Sequence record: OR896833.1
Length of the DNA stretch: 51,324 nt
Reading direction: 5' to 3' (one strand)
Source of the DNA: Escherichia phage WaterSpirit
Of this stretch, positions 1 to 9,968 are shown piece by piece. The notes under the pieces were generated by a model. It was not told where the DNA came from, searched no databases, and worked only from the letters and a program-made list of their open reading frames with translations. Positions within the stretch are counted from its first letter, which is position 1. Each line of letters opens with the position of its first letter. The position numbers and the translations under genes were made by a program.

Positions 1-1569
1 ATGCTTATTTGGGAAGATTTAACAGCGGCGCAGAAACGCGCCATTAAGGAAATGAGCGAGCATTCATTCGAAAAGATGATTCGAATCTGGTTCCAGCTAC
101 TCCAGGGGCAAAAGTTTTTAGGTAACTGGCATTTCAGCTACCTGTGCAGCGAAGTAGAGAAAATCATCAAAGGCGAATCACAAAACGTGATTTTCAATAT
201 AACCCCTGGCAGTGGTAAAACCGAGATATTTTCGATCCATATGTCACCTTATGCGTCACTAAAAAGCAAGAAGGTGCGAAATCTGAATCTTTCGTTTAGT
301 GACGGACTTGTGCAGCAGAATAGCAACAGGATTAAGGAGATTATTGGATCTCCGGAATGGCAGGAACTATGGCCTGGCAAACTGGCTAAGGCCAGCGCAA
401 AAGACCTGATAGTCACTGAGAAAGGGAAAGTTAAATTGCAGGTTAATTCCCGCTCTATTGGTGGACAGGTAACTGGCTTGCGCGGCGGCTACATGGATGA
501 TGGCTTTACTGGTATGCTGGTTCTTGATGATCCAGATAAACCAGACGACCAGTTATCAAAGGTTAAGCGCGAAGCCGGACACATGCGCCTGAAAAACACC
601 GTGCGATCACGTCGAATGAAAGACACCACGCCGATTGTAATGGTTCAGCAGCGGCTACACGTCAATGATTCGACTTGGTTTATGACGAATGGCGGTATGG
701 GCGGCATCAAGTTTAAGGTCGTGAGCATTCCGGCGCTCGTTACCGAGGATTATCGGGAAACGTTGCCTGACTGGTTGAAACCTGAGTTTGACCGCGACGT
801 GTTAAGCAGCAAGCCCGTGTATATTGATGGCGTGGCGCATTACTCCTTCTGGCCTGCAAAGGAAAGCGCGGAGGAATTGCTTGCCCTGCGGAATGCAGAT
901 CCTTACACGTTCGCAAGCCAGTACCAGCAGCATCCTATCGCGCTTGGTGGAAACGTGTTTAAGGTGGAGTGGTTCCAATATTACGGCGGCGGGGATAGGG
1001 CAACCGTTCAGAAGCCAGATCGCTTTGAATACACATTCATTACCGTTGATACCGCTCAGAAAACAGGAGAACTTAACGACTATTCTGTGATCTGCTATTG
1101 GGGGATGTATAAAAACCGCGTTTACTTCATTGATGGCGTTCGCGGAAAGTGGGAAGCGCCGGAACTGGAAACAAATTTTGTAGCGTTCGTTAATCAATGC
1201 TGGAAGCGAAACAAGGAGTGCGGAACGTTGCGCCGCATACACGTAGAAGACAAATCATCGGGAACTGGCCTGATCCAGAGTGCAGCTAAAAAGTTGCCAA
1301 TTGCCATCAATCCGGTGCAGCGCGACAAGGACAAGGTAACGCGAGCTATGGACGCAGCGCCAGTAATGAAGGCTGGACGTGTGGCATTACCTGAATCACA
1401 CCCCATGCTTGATGAGATACTTTCAGAGGTTGCGGCTTTTACGTTCGATGATAGCCATCCACATGATGATATTGTCGACACACTGGTTGATGCCGTTAAC
1501 CTTGAAATGAATATGGCAGATGATCCGGTTGCTCGCATGAAAAAACTGGCAGGTCTACGCAATAAATAG
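1..1569 (+). CDS. Terminase large subunit
   Basis: 522-aa ORF directly upstream of the portal gene; P-loop-like GSGKT motif; small-terminase-like gene ends at 51312, so the two are adjacent in the circular map. Family assignment by position and motif only. Confidence 0.8.
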   Translation: MLIWEDLTAAQKRAIKEMSEHSFEKMIRIWFQLLQGQKFLGNWHFSYLCSEVEKIIKGESQNVIFNITPGSGKTEIFSIHMSPYASLKSKKVRNLNLSFSDGLVQQNSNRIKEIIGSPEWQELWPGKLAKASAKDLIVTEKGKVKLQVNSRSIGGQVTGLRGGYMDDGFTGMLVLDDPDKPDDQLSKVKREAGHMRLKNTVRSRRMKDTTPIVMVQQRLHVNDSTWFMTNGGMGGIKFKVVSIPALVTEDYRETLPDWLKPEFDRDVLSSKPVYIDGVAHYSFWPAKESAEELLALRNADPYTFASQYQQHPIALGGNVFKVEWFQYYGGGDRATVQKPDRFEYTFITVDTAQKTGELNDYSVICYWGMYKNRVYFIDGVRGKWEAPELETNFVAFVNQCWKRNKECGTLRRIHVEDKSSGTGLIQSAAKKLPIAINPVQRDKDKVTRAMDAAPVMKAGRVALPESHPMLDEILSEVAAFTFDDSHPHDDIVDTLVDAVNLEMNMADDPVARMKKLAGLRNK

Positions 1570-1585
1570 CACGAATTGCTAAAAG
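1567..1585 (+). promoter_or_regulatory. Conserved 18-bp element, GAATTGC variant (TAGCACGAATTGCTAAAAG); TAG is the terminase stop codon
   Basis: Direct read; followed by TATAAT at 1590-1595 at atypical 4-bp spacing, then a hairpin with T-run. Confidence 0.4.
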
Positions 1586-1596
1586 AAAGTATAATC

Positions 1597-1622
1597 AAGG
1601 CTGGATTTTTCCAGCCTTTTTT
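1597..1622 (+). terminator. Hairpin (GGCTGG/CCAGCC) plus T6, intrinsic terminator-like
   Basis: Inverted repeat with 6-nt loop followed by TTTTTT, between terminase and portal genes. Confidence 0.5.
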
Positions 1623-1637
1623 ATTAGGAGAATAATC

Positions 1638-2921
1638 ATGAGTGAGAAAAATAAAACCATAAAGTACGACGGGTACAACGATATTTTCAAGCGAAGCCAA
1701 AACCAACGAGTCGATCAGCCATTTTACATGCAAGGACTGGAACAGCGAACGCTTGCCGACTTTTACGCCGTTGATGGCATGGCAAAAAGAATCATCGACG
1801 TTGTGCCGGAAGAGATGGTGACGCCTGGGTTTAATATTGATGGCATAGAAGATGAGGCCGCTTTCCGCTCTATTTGGGATGAGAAGCGCCTTAATGCAAA
1901 AATCATTGATGCCCTGTGCTGGTCGCGATTGTTCGGTGGCGCTGCAATTGTGGCAATAGTCAACGACGGGAGAGCGTTAAAGTCAGCCGTCCGCGAAGGC
2001 GCAATGCTTGAAGACATCCGCGTATATGACCGCTTCCAGATCCGAGTAGAAAAACGTGAAACAAATCCCCGAAACGTCCGCTACGGTGAGCCAGTGCTTT
2101 ACACCATCCAACCTGGCGATGATATGCCGGAATATCAAGTACACTACACACGAATTTGTGTTATCGACGGTGAACGTATTCCTAACGCGCAGAGACGACG
2201 TAACGATGGATGGGGCGAGTCAATTCTCAATAAGCGGCTGATTGAGGCCATCGTTGATTACAACTATTGTGAAGAACTGGCGACACAGCTACTACGCCGC
2301 AAACAACAGGCGGTATGGAAAGCACGCGGACTGGCTGACCTGTGCGACGACAACGAAGGTGAACAGGCGGCACGCTTGCGACTAGCGCAGGTTGACGATG
2401 AAAGCGGTGTAGGCCGTGCAATCGGGATTGACGCGGAAGATGAAGAATACGACGTTCTTAATTCTGACATTTCAGGCGTGGATGCCTTCCTGGAGAAGAA
2501 ACTTGATCGTATTGTTTCCCTGTCAGGTATCCATGAAATCATTCTGAAAAATAAAAACGTCGGCGGCGTGAGCGCCAGTCAAAACACCGCGCTTGAAACG
2601 TTCTACAAACTGATCGAACGAAAACGCATTGAGGACTACAAGCCAATCCTGGAATTTCTCCTGCCGTTCCTGATCACTGAAAACGAGTGGAGCATCGACT
2701 TTGCGCCGTTGAGCGTGCCGAGCGATAAGGACGAGGCTGAAATCCTTAACAAAAATATTACTTCTCTGAAAGCAGCTATCGAAGGCCAATTTATTGACGC
2801 AGACGAAGCACGCGACACATTGCGAGCTATCGCGCCGAAAGTTAAACTGAAAGACACCAACAACATCAAATTGCCGGAGCCGGAGCCAGTGGAGCCGGAG
2901 CCAGGCACTGAGGGAGAATAA
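1638..2921 (+). CDS. Portal protein
   Basis: 427 aa, RBS AGGAG upstream, position immediately after the large terminase; acidic C-terminus. Confidence 0.8.
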   Translation: MSEKNKTIKYDGYNDIFKRSQNQRVDQPFYMQGLEQRTLADFYAVDGMAKRIIDVVPEEMVTPGFNIDGIEDEAAFRSIWDEKRLNAKIIDALCWSRLFGGAAIVAIVNDGRALKSAVREGAMLEDIRVYDRFQIRVEKRETNPRNVRYGEPVLYTIQPGDDMPEYQVHYTRICVIDGERIPNAQRRRNDGWGESILNKRLIEAIVDYNYCEELATQLLRRKQQAVWKARGLADLCDDNEGEQAARLRLAQVDDESGVGRAIGIDAEDEEYDVLNSDISGVDAFLEKKLDRIVSLSGIHEIILKNKNVGGVSASQNTALETFYKLIERKRIEDYKPILEFLLPFLITENEWSIDFAPLSVPSDKDEAEILNKNITSLKAAIEGQFIDADEARDTLRAIAPKVKLKDTNNIKLPEPEPVEPEPGTEGE

Positions 2922-2923
2922 TC

Positions 2924-3670
2924 ATGAAACGCGCCGTTAAACAATGGCGCTTTCCTGAAGCCAGCGAGCGGCAATTAAGCCGCTCAATTCAGGAGGCGAT
3001 CCGAGATCTGGTTGTGCTGATGCGCAGCCGGACAAAGGCAATGAAATTTGACGCAAGCGACGCAGAGATTAACGCGGCAGAGGATGAGATCAACAATCTG
3101 TCTACCGACTTAATCAGCGACATCGTTTCAAGTCTTCCGGCTATCGCACTGGCGATCTACAAATTCAATGCGCAGCAGTTTATTAACATCGCGCGCGCTA
3201 CTGGCGGCAAAGATAACGTAGCTGTCATTGTTCTGATCGCGGTCGGCACTAACGCACAAGAGGAATGGTATAGGACGTTATACGGTCAATGGATCGGACT
3301 TACTGAATCATCCCTGAGAAAGCTGTTTACTAACATCGTTTCTGACTGGTCAACAAATATACGCAGCGCCAACTTTCGAGGAAGCAGTGACAAACAGGTT
3401 AATGAACTGGCTGAGAAACGATTCGCCGTCTATAGTTCATGGGGAAAGACCAGGGCGGAAAATATGGTTGGCGCATGGAACAGTCGTCTAATGCGCCAGC
3501 GCCTTTATGATGCCGGAGTGTCTGCCTATTACTGGCACGGGATGTTAGACGAGCGCGAGCGATTGAAACACGTCCAGTGGGAAGGTAAACTGATTCGGCT
3601 GAGTGAAAACCATGTTTTCCCTGGCGAGGAATTTGGTTGTCGTTGTTGGGCTATTCCAAAATGGGATTAA
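2924..3670 (+). CDS. Head morphogenesis / minor head protein (Mu F / SPP1 gp7-like)
   Basis: 248 aa, start overlaps portal stop region (translational coupling); conserved position after portal. Confidence 0.5.
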   Translation: MKRAVKQWRFPEASERQLSRSIQEAIRDLVVLMRSRTKAMKFDASDAEINAAEDEINNLSTDLISDIVSSLPAIALAIYKFNAQQFINIARATGGKDNVAVIVLIAVGTNAQEEWYRTLYGQWIGLTESSLRKLFTNIVSDWSTNIRSANFRGSSDKQVNELAEKRFAVYSSWGKTRAENMVGAWNSRLMRQRLYDAGVSAYYWHGMLDERERLKHVQWEGKLIRLSENHVFPGEEFGCRCWAIPKWD

Positions 3671-3684
3671 CAGGAGACTAATTA

Positions 3685-4797
3685 ATGAAGGCAAAACAAA
3701 GGTTTGATAGTGTGCGCGTCAAAGCGCACTTTGACGATAACGGATTTTTAGTGGATCGCCCAATTGTGGCGCGTATCGGTTTGCAGGAGTACCAAACTCC
3801 TTTCGGCGTTCGACGTGAATTTCGCCCAGCGTCAGAGGTATTCAAGGCCGACTCCCTGGAGACGTTCGCAGGCAAGCCGATCACTATCGGGCATGTTACC
3901 GTCACGCCTGAGAACGCGGAAAAAGTGGTTGTTGGTTCCTGTGCTGGCGCTGGCGTTCCAAACGGGATCGGGGTAGAAGTGCCGTTAAGCATTTACTCTA
4001 AACGCGCGATTGACAGCGCGAAGAAGCGCGCCACTGCGGAAATCTCTGTGGGTTACACTTCCGTTGATATTGATAAGCCAGGCTGGGGAAATAATCAAAC
4101 AGGAGAATATATCTTTGAAGAAGATATGAAAGAAGATTGGAAACCGGATTCTCCTGATTGGGTTAAGTTCGATGCCATTCAGACGAACATCAGAGTTAAT
4201 CATATCGCGCTAGTTTTCCGTGGTCGTGCCGGAGTCGCTAAACTAAACCTTGATAGTGAGCAAGATTTTCCGTATAGTGACGAGGATATTTCAAACAAAG
4301 AGGATGAAAAAATGAACGTTAAAATTAAACTTGATGGAGCTGTAGAATTTGATGTGCCGAAAGAAGTTGCTGCGCACATTGACAACCTGAAAGCTGATGC
4401 CAAAGCTGAGAAAGACAAGGCTGCATCACTTGAGGCAGAGCGCGACGCATTGCAGGCTAAGGTTGATGGCATTCCGGCTAAGATTGAAGAAGCTGTGAAG
4501 CAGGCCAAAGCTGACGCAGAAGCGCACGCCGCGCTTGTTGCTGACGCTACAGAGATTGGCATCAAGTGCGACGGCCTGGACGCAAAAGCAATCAAAGTTG
4601 CTTACATCAAAGAGGTTACTGGTGCGGACGTATCAGACAAGGCTGACGCTTACATCGAAACCGCTTTCGATATTGCGAAGACTTCTGATAAAATGGCAGC
4701 GCAGAGACAAGCAGTTAAGGGTGACTCTTTCTGTTCCAATAAGGAAGACGAAGACAAGCCTCTTAATCCAAACGCTCGCTTTGCTAAACTGAAATAA
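3685..4797 (+). CDS. Putative head assembly protein (scaffold/protease-like, coiled-coil C-terminal half)
   Basis: 370 aa; Ala/Lys/Glu-rich heptad-like segment (AEKDKAASLEAERDALQAKVD...) typical of scaffolding proteins; position between portal and capsid genes. Confidence 0.4.
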   Translation: MKAKQRFDSVRVKAHFDDNGFLVDRPIVARIGLQEYQTPFGVRREFRPASEVFKADSLETFAGKPITIGHVTVTPENAEKVVVGSCAGAGVPNGIGVEVPLSIYSKRAIDSAKKRATAEISVGYTSVDIDKPGWGNNQTGEYIFEEDMKEDWKPDSPDWVKFDAIQTNIRVNHIALVFRGRAGVAKLNLDSEQDFPYSDEDISNKEDEKMNVKIKLDGAVEFDVPKEVAAHIDNLKADAKAEKDKAASLEAERDALQAKVDGIPAKIEEAVKQAKADAEAHAALVADATEIGIKCDGLDAKAIKVAYIKEVTGADVSDKADAYIETAFDIAKTSDKMAAQRQAVKGDSFCSNKEDEDKPLNPNARFAKLK

Positions 4798-4813
4798 TCA
4801 AAGGAGAAATAAA

Positions 4814-5323
4814 ATGGCTAAAATTGGAGCAAGTTACTTTGACGTAATGGCGCGCGCACTTCCTGGTCAGGTGTCTGACACTTCCGCTTATAACATCGAC
4901 GGCGCTTGCGTTCTTGACAAGGAAGACGGCATCCCAATCCTCGTTGGCGTGGCTGTTAAGCTAAAAGGCGTTGACTCAATGGGTAATAAGCTGATCGACG
5001 CTATTTCTGGTGGTGATGATGTTCCTTATGGCGTTGGCATCCGCTCGCACTTTCAAACCACGGCTGATAATGGGCGAATGGTTTATGAGGCTGGCGGCGG
5101 AATCAACGTTATGACCGAGGGCAGAGTCTGGATGGTTGGCGATGATTCTGATAAATCAAAAACTCCACAATATCGCAAGCCTGTGAAAATTGATGAAAAC
5201 ACTGGCAAGGTGAAAAGTGCTGGTGCCATCAATACGAACTGGATCTACACTGGAGATAAAACCACTTTTGGTACTGGTAGCGATTTGTTGACTTTGTTTG
5301 AAGTTCAAGTCTTCCCAAGCTAA
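4814..5323 (+). CDS. Putative head decoration / capsid accessory protein (paralog 1)
   Basis: 169 aa, strong RBS AAGGAGA; N-terminal similarity to next ORF (MAK...YNIDG...GVxV...W). Confidence 0.35.
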   Translation: MAKIGASYFDVMARALPGQVSDTSAYNIDGACVLDKEDGIPILVGVAVKLKGVDSMGNKLIDAISGGDDVPYGVGIRSHFQTTADNGRMVYEAGGGINVMTEGRVWMVGDDSDKSKTPQYRKPVKIDENTGKVKSAGAINTNWIYTGDKTTFGTGSDLLTLFEVQVFPS

Positions 5324-5328
5324 AATTA

Positions 5329-5354
5329 AGGCGCTCGCTTGAGCGCCTTTTTTT
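5329..5354 (+). terminator. Intrinsic terminator (AGGCGCTC-GCTT-GAGCGCCT + T7)
   Basis: Perfect 8-bp stem, 4-nt loop, T-run. Confidence 0.65.
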
Positions 5355-5374
5355 ATTATGTAAGGAGAAATGAG

Positions 5375-6157
5375 ATGGCTAAAGATTACTCATCTGTTAT
5401 GGGGCTTTCCTGTCCTGGATGCCTGGTTGATTCTACTCGCTACAACATTGATGGCACTGGAGTTTGCGGTTCTGAATCCATCATTGCTGGAAAGGTTGTT
5501 TTCTTTAAAGAAAGAGTTGAAGGTTACAACATATTTGTTGATCACAAAGAGGGTGATGCTGTGGTTGCTGGTGTTGCCATAATGAGCAATATCACGACAA
5601 CGGTTAACGAGGAAGACGGATACTCTGACTATAAGGAAGGAGATTCTATCAACATTTTAACAAGAGGGGTTGTATGGTGCTTAACTCAAACGATTGAGTC
5701 TGCGCCTGAACATGGCGATCTTGTTTATGTTAACAATGATGGCTTTGTAGCAAGTAGTGATGGGGATGAAATCGTCGATGGCTGGATTTTTACTGGTGAC
5801 TTTTACAAGTTTGATGAAACAATGAACATAGTCGGAGTCAGAATAACGCCGCTTCATCATAGAAAATACCTTCTTACTGGTGCGATCATTGAGGCCGAAA
5901 ATGGTTATGTAGAGGGAACAGAAACAATTGACAACGTTCAGCTAAAAGTAACCGTTGTTCCAACATGGGCTGACGACAAAACGGGGCAGTGGACGATTAC
6001 AAACGAGCAAGATCCAAAGGTTGCAAGCGTTAGTCGCACTGGTCTTGTAGTTCCTACTGGAGTAGGTGGTCATGTTAATGTTAACTGGACTGCAAACGAC
6101 GGTTCTGGAGTTGCTGATCAGTTTGACATAGTGTTCAGGAAAACAGTAGGCACTTAA
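5375..6157 (+). CDS. Putative head decoration protein with C-terminal Ig-like domain (paralog 2)
   Basis: 260 aa from ATG 5375 (RBS GGAGAA); N-terminal half paralogous to 4814-5323; C-terminal Big_2-like beta-rich segment. Confidence 0.35.
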   Translation: MAKDYSSVMGLSCPGCLVDSTRYNIDGTGVCGSESIIAGKVVFFKERVEGYNIFVDHKEGDAVVAGVAIMSNITTTVNEEDGYSDYKEGDSINILTRGVVWCLTQTIESAPEHGDLVYVNNDGFVASSDGDEIVDGWIFTGDFYKFDETMNIVGVRITPLHHRKYLLTGAIIEAENGYVEGTETIDNVQLKVTVVPTWADDKTGQWTITNEQDPKVASVSRTGLVVPTGVGGHVNVNWTANDGSGVADQFDIVFRKTVGT

Positions 6158-6206
6158 TGAATACCACAAAATAGATTTGCACCTTTAACCAAAAGTGCTA
6201 TCATGA

Positions 6207-6234
6207 GGCTGTTACTTGTTAACAGCCTTTTTTT
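6207..6234 (+). terminator. Hairpin (GGCTGTTAA/TTAACAGCC) plus T7 immediately upstream of major capsid gene
   Basis: 9-bp stem, 4-nt loop, T-run; could be terminator or mRNA-stabilising/processing hairpin. Confidence 0.5.
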
Positions 6235-6248
6235 ATAGGAGAAAAATC

Positions 6249-7223
6249 ATGACAAAGAAAAAATATGATGAGCTAGACGCTTCCATTGTGTCTAATCACC
6301 TGCAATTGCAAGGTATCAAGGGTGACGCTTCCGACATGGGTATTTGGACTGCGCAGGAGTTACACAAAATCCGATCCACTGCTTACGAAAAAGAGTACCC
6401 AGCGGGTTCTGCGCTTCGCGTCTTCCCTGTCACCAATGAACTGAGCGACACCGACAAAACTTTCGAGTATCAGACTTTTGATAAAGTTGGTTACGCGAAA
6501 ATTATTGCAGACTACACCGACGACCTGCCGACCGTTGACGCTCTTATGACTTCTGAGTTTGGCAAAGTGTTCCGCATGGGTAACGCTTTCCTGATCTCAA
6601 TTGACGAAATCAAAGCAGGTCAGCGAACTGGCAAAAGCCTTTCTACTCGCAAGGCTAACGCAGCGCAGAATGCACATGATCAGCTTATTAACTTCCTGGT
6701 TTTCAAAGGTTCCAAGCCTCATAAGATCGTTTCCGTTTTCGATCATCCAAACCTGACTAAAATCACGTCAAAAGGATGGCTGAGTAACGACGGAAACACC
6801 AAGTTTCCAGAAGTTGCAAGCGATGAACTGGAGACTGCAATCGAAACGATCGAGGAAGTAACCAAAGGTCAGCATCGCGCGACCAACATCCTGATTCCGC
6901 CGTCTATGCGTAAAGTCCTTACGGTTCGAATGGAAAATACCACTGAAAGCTATTTGGAATACTTCCAGAAGCAAAACGACGGTATCACCATCGACTCCAT
7001 TGCAGAGCTTGAGGATATTGACGGCAAAGGCACTAAAGGCTGCCTGGTTTACGAAAAAGATCCAATGAACATGAGTATTGAGATCCCGGAGGCATTCAAT
7101 ATGCTGCCTGCACAGCCGAAAGATCTGCATTTTAAAGTTCCTTGTACTTCAAAGTGCACTGGCCTTACAATTTACCGTCCGTTTACGATGGTTCTAATTA
7201 CTGGCTTGAAAAAGGCTGTGTAA
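6249..7223 (+). CDS. Major capsid protein
   Basis: 324 aa from ATG 6249 (RBS GGAGAAAAA); followed by a strong terminator; position and size typical; family not verified. Confidence 0.65.
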   Translation: MTKKKYDELDASIVSNHLQLQGIKGDASDMGIWTAQELHKIRSTAYEKEYPAGSALRVFPVTNELSDTDKTFEYQTFDKVGYAKIIADYTDDLPTVDALMTSEFGKVFRMGNAFLISIDEIKAGQRTGKSLSTRKANAAQNAHDQLINFLVFKGSKPHKIVSVFDHPNLTKITSKGWLSNDGNTKFPEVASDELETAIETIEEVTKGQHRATNILIPPSMRKVLTVRMENTTESYLEYFQKQNDGITIDSIAELEDIDGKGTKGCLVYEKDPMNMSIEIPEAFNMLPAQPKDLHFKVPCTSKCTGLTIYRPFTMVLITGLKKAV

Positions 7224-7234
7224 TTAGATAACAT

Positions 7235-7262
7235 GGGGAGCCTTAAGGGTTCCCCTTTTTAT
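7235..7262 (+). terminator. Intrinsic terminator (GGGGA..TCCCC + T5)
   Basis: GC stem followed by TTTTT directly after the capsid gene stop. Confidence 0.7.
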
Positions 7263-7278
7263 TTATGGAGTGCGCAAA

Positions 7279-7545
7279 ATGAGCAAAAATTTAAAACTTA
7301 AAGTAACTGGCGTTTGCATGATTATTATGGATGGTAAGCGTTATCATCCTGGTGATGAAATTGAAATTGAATCTGATCGCATTAATGATTCCGCAATTGA
7401 ATACCTGATCGCTCGCGGAGATGTGGAAGTTAAAGACAATTCAGAAATTAACGAGCAAATCAAGGAGAAAGCGGAGAAGAAGCGCAAAAAAGATCCTACC
7501 GAGGGTAAGAGCCGCAAAGAGCTAGAGGATGGCGGCGAATATTAA
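7279..7545 (+). CDS. Hypothetical protein (88 aa, Lys/Glu-rich C-terminus)
   Basis: ORF with RBS GGAG 8 nt upstream of ATG 7279. Confidence 0.4.
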   Translation: MSKNLKLKVTGVCMIIMDGKRYHPGDEIEIESDRINDSAIEYLIARGDVEVKDNSEINEQIKEKAEKKRKKDPTEGKSRKELEDGGEY

Positions 7546-7591
7546 TAATTGGGGCGCTTATGCGCCCCTTGTCACATCTGGAGAAAACAAA

Positions 7592-8011
7592 ATGGTAGAT
7601 GAATTTTACACAGACGCTGAAATCATGCAGCAAATCGTGAAGTTAGCGCCGCCAATGCAACAAGTTGATCCCGATTTAATTGTGGCATGGATTGAGCTTG
7701 CTAAAGAGTTTGTTTGCAAAAAGCGGTTTAAAAACTCATACCCTAAAGCGGTTGCGCTTTACACCTTGCACCTTATGACGTTGGACGGAGCTATGAAACA
7801 GGAAGGTGAGAGCGTGGAGAGTTACTCACGCCGTATTGCGTCGTTTTCCCTGACTGGAGAATTTAGTCAGACGTTTGACCGCGTGACCAATGACGCAAGC
7901 GGAAAGATGATCCGCCAGACACCGTGGGGAAAAATGTACGAGGCGCTAAACCGTAAGCATGGTGGCGGATTTGGCCTGGTAACTGGATTGCGCCGGAGGT
8001 GTTGCCGATGA
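7592..8011 (+). CDS. Putative head-tail connector/adaptor protein
   Basis: 139 aa from ATG 7592 (RBS GGAGAAAA); position between capsid and tail genes. Confidence 0.35.
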   Translation: MVDEFYTDAEIMQQIVKLAPPMQQVDPDLIVAWIELAKEFVCKKRFKNSYPKAVALYTLHLMTLDGAMKQEGESVESYSRRIASFSLTGEFSQTFDRVTNDASGKMIRQTPWGKMYEALNRKHGGGFGLVTGLRRRCCR

Positions 8012-8379
8012 ACTACAATGAGATCGCACGATTGGCTACGGCTGGAATTAACTTTTTCAGCGATGGCGCTGGTGAGTTTAAGTGTATCACGCAACAGGGT
8101 AGCGTAGATATTGTGGGAGGCGAGGAAGTGGAGAAGCCGGAAATCAGTGTGATGATTAAAGGTCTTATACGGTCGCCTCGCACGCGTGAGGTGGACGGCG
8201 AAACAATCCGCGTAACTGACAAGCTGGGAGTTTTCACTAATTCCGTAGAAATTAAGAACGGGTATCATATTGATGTTGATGGTGAGCGTTATATCGTAGT
8301 TGAAGCGCGACCAGTCAGACAGACAAACATCACGGTCGCCTACAGGCCAATACTTAGGAGGGTTGCGGTACATGGCTAA
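8008..8379 (+). CDS. Putative head-tail joining protein
   Basis: 123 aa; RBS GGAGG 8 nt upstream; overlaps preceding stop (coupling). Confidence 0.35.
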   Translation: MNYNEIARLATAGINFFSDGAGEFKCITQQGSVDIVGGEEVEKPEISVMIKGLIRSPRTREVDGETIRVTDKLGVFTNSVEIKNGYHIDVDGERYIVVEARPVRQTNITVAYRPILRRVAVHG

Positions 8380-8812
8380 CTACAAGATCAAGGAATTTCA
8401 CGGCGACATTGACCGCTGGATTAACGCCGTAAATGATGGTCTTGAGGATTGCATAGAATTGTTCGCCGTTAAGGTACACACAGATCTGGTAAGACGCTCG
8501 CCAGTTGATACGGGGCGCTATCGGGGAAACTGGCAGGTGACAGCAAATTCCCCGCCACTGTACGCACTGAATCAATATGATAAGCACGGAGATAAGACTA
8601 TTGCGGAAGGCAAGCGGGCAATCTTTGCCATCATGCGTGGAGGCGGCGCGGTAAGGTCGATTTATTTTTCCAATATGTTGATTTATGCTAACGCCCTAGA
8701 GTACGGGCATTCAAAGCAAGCGCCAGCGGGTGTGCTGGGAATTGTTGCAGCGAAGTTAAGAACGTATATAGCAGAAGCAATCAAAGAGTCGAGGAAAAAA
8801 AATGGACTATGA
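8372..8812 (+). CDS. Putative tail completion/neck protein (HK97 gp10-like)
   Basis: 146 aa from ATG 8372 (RBS AGGAGG); conserved position in lambda-like order. Confidence 0.4.
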   Translation: MANYKIKEFHGDIDRWINAVNDGLEDCIELFAVKVHTDLVRRSPVDTGRYRGNWQVTANSPPLYALNQYDKHGDKTIAEGKRAIFAIMRGGGAVRSIYFSNMLIYANALEYGHSKQAPAGVLGIVAAKLRTYIAEAIKESRKKNGL

Positions 8813-9200
8813 ATTGATGTTGGCAGCGCGCAAGGCGCTTGCTGGTGAATTTGAAAGCAGATTTAAAATCGCTTATGAAAACGTCGAGTTTGTACCGCCT
8901 GCCGATGGTTCTATGTGGTTGCGGTTCGATTATACAGAAGTTGACAAGGAGTTTTTCTCAATTGACCGTAGATGTGTTTCTTATATTGGGATGGTTCAGA
9001 TTGGCGTTATTATTCCTCCAGGCGCTGGATCTGACAAAGGTAGAAAACTTGCTAAAGAGATTGCCAGTTTTTTCTATGATGGTAAAATCTTAGAAACTGG
9101 CTATATTAGCGAAGGGGCGAAAGTCCATAAGCTACAAAAAAGTGAAACTGGTTGGTTGATTCCGATCAGGTTCTATGTTCGAATTGAAACAAAGGAGTAA
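8802..9200 (+). CDS. Putative tail terminator protein (U-like)
   Basis: 132 aa; position immediately before major tail gene. Confidence 0.35.
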   Translation: MDYELMLAARKALAGEFESRFKIAYENVEFVPPADGSMWLRFDYTEVDKEFFSIDRRCVSYIGMVQIGVIIPPGAGSDKGRKLAKEIASFFYDGKILETGYISEGAKVHKLQKSETGWLIPIRFYVRIETKE

Positions 9201-9206
9201 TTTACT

Positions 9207-9869
9207 ATGCACCTTCCTAACGGTTCTCAAATTTTTATTGAAAGCAATCGAGCTACTGATGTGCAAGCAACGGCTATTTCTAACGCAGCAGATCCTGTAT
9301 TTACAGTTGCATCAGGCGGCACTGAGTTTAAGAAAGGTGATTATGTAATTATCACTACTTCCTCATGGGGTAAGATGGTTGATCGCGTTCTTCGCGTCAA
9401 GCAGAATGGCGAAGAAACTAGCGTAACGCTTGAGGGTATTGATACTACAGATCAGAATATCTTCCCTTCCGGTGGTACTGCATCGTTTGCGAAAATCAAT
9501 TCATGGGTTGAAATTCCATGCGTTCAGGATCTGTCACAGGACGGCGGCGAACAGCAATATTACACTTATCAGTGTTTATCTGACGACCAGGAGCAGCAGC
9601 TACCAACATATAAAAGCGCGGTATCTCTTACCTACACTTTCGCGCATGAGTTCGATAATCCAATTTATCCATTGCTTCGAAAAGCTGATGAAGGAGGTGA
9701 GGTTACGGCGTTGCGAATGTTCGTTCCAAAGGCGAAAGAAATGCGTTGCTGGGCTGGTGTTCTTTCGTTTAACGAGATCCCGCAGACGACCGTCAACGAA
9801 ATGGAAACAGTTTCCCTTTCCGTTTCTCTGAAAGGTCGATTCACCTTCCTTCCTTCCGATGTTCAGTAA
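9207..9869 (+). CDS. Major tail (tube) protein
   Basis: 220 aa, RBS AAGGAG; followed by strong terminator; position before chaperone and tape measure. Confidence 0.55.
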   Translation: MHLPNGSQIFIESNRATDVQATAISNAADPVFTVASGGTEFKKGDYVIITTSSWGKMVDRVLRVKQNGEETSVTLEGIDTTDQNIFPSGGTASFAKINSWVEIPCVQDLSQDGGEQQYYTYQCLSDDQEQQLPTYKSAVSLTYTFAHEFDNPIYPLLRKADEGGEVTALRMFVPKAKEMRCWAGVLSFNEIPQTTVNEMETVSLSVSLKGRFTFLPSDVQ

Positions 9870-9875
9870 TTACAA

Positions 9876-9897
9876 GGGGGCGTTGCGCCCCTTTTTT
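9876..9897 (+). terminator. Intrinsic terminator (GGGGCG-TTG-CGCCCC + T6)
   Basis: 6-bp GC stem, T-run, directly after major tail gene. Confidence 0.7.
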
Positions 9898-9968
9898 CGT
9901 TCCTGTAGAATCTATCAAACAAGTCATTCAGACTTTTAACAAAAAATGCTATTTAAGGAGAAATTAAA

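Noticed and set aside
802-1733. Minus-strand ORFs 802-1242 and 1194-1733 and plus-strand ORF 824-1090 inside or overlapping the terminase and portal genes
   Set aside because: They lie antisense to or out of frame with long, well-supported structural genes, have no RBS and low-complexity translations; judged six-frame artefacts.
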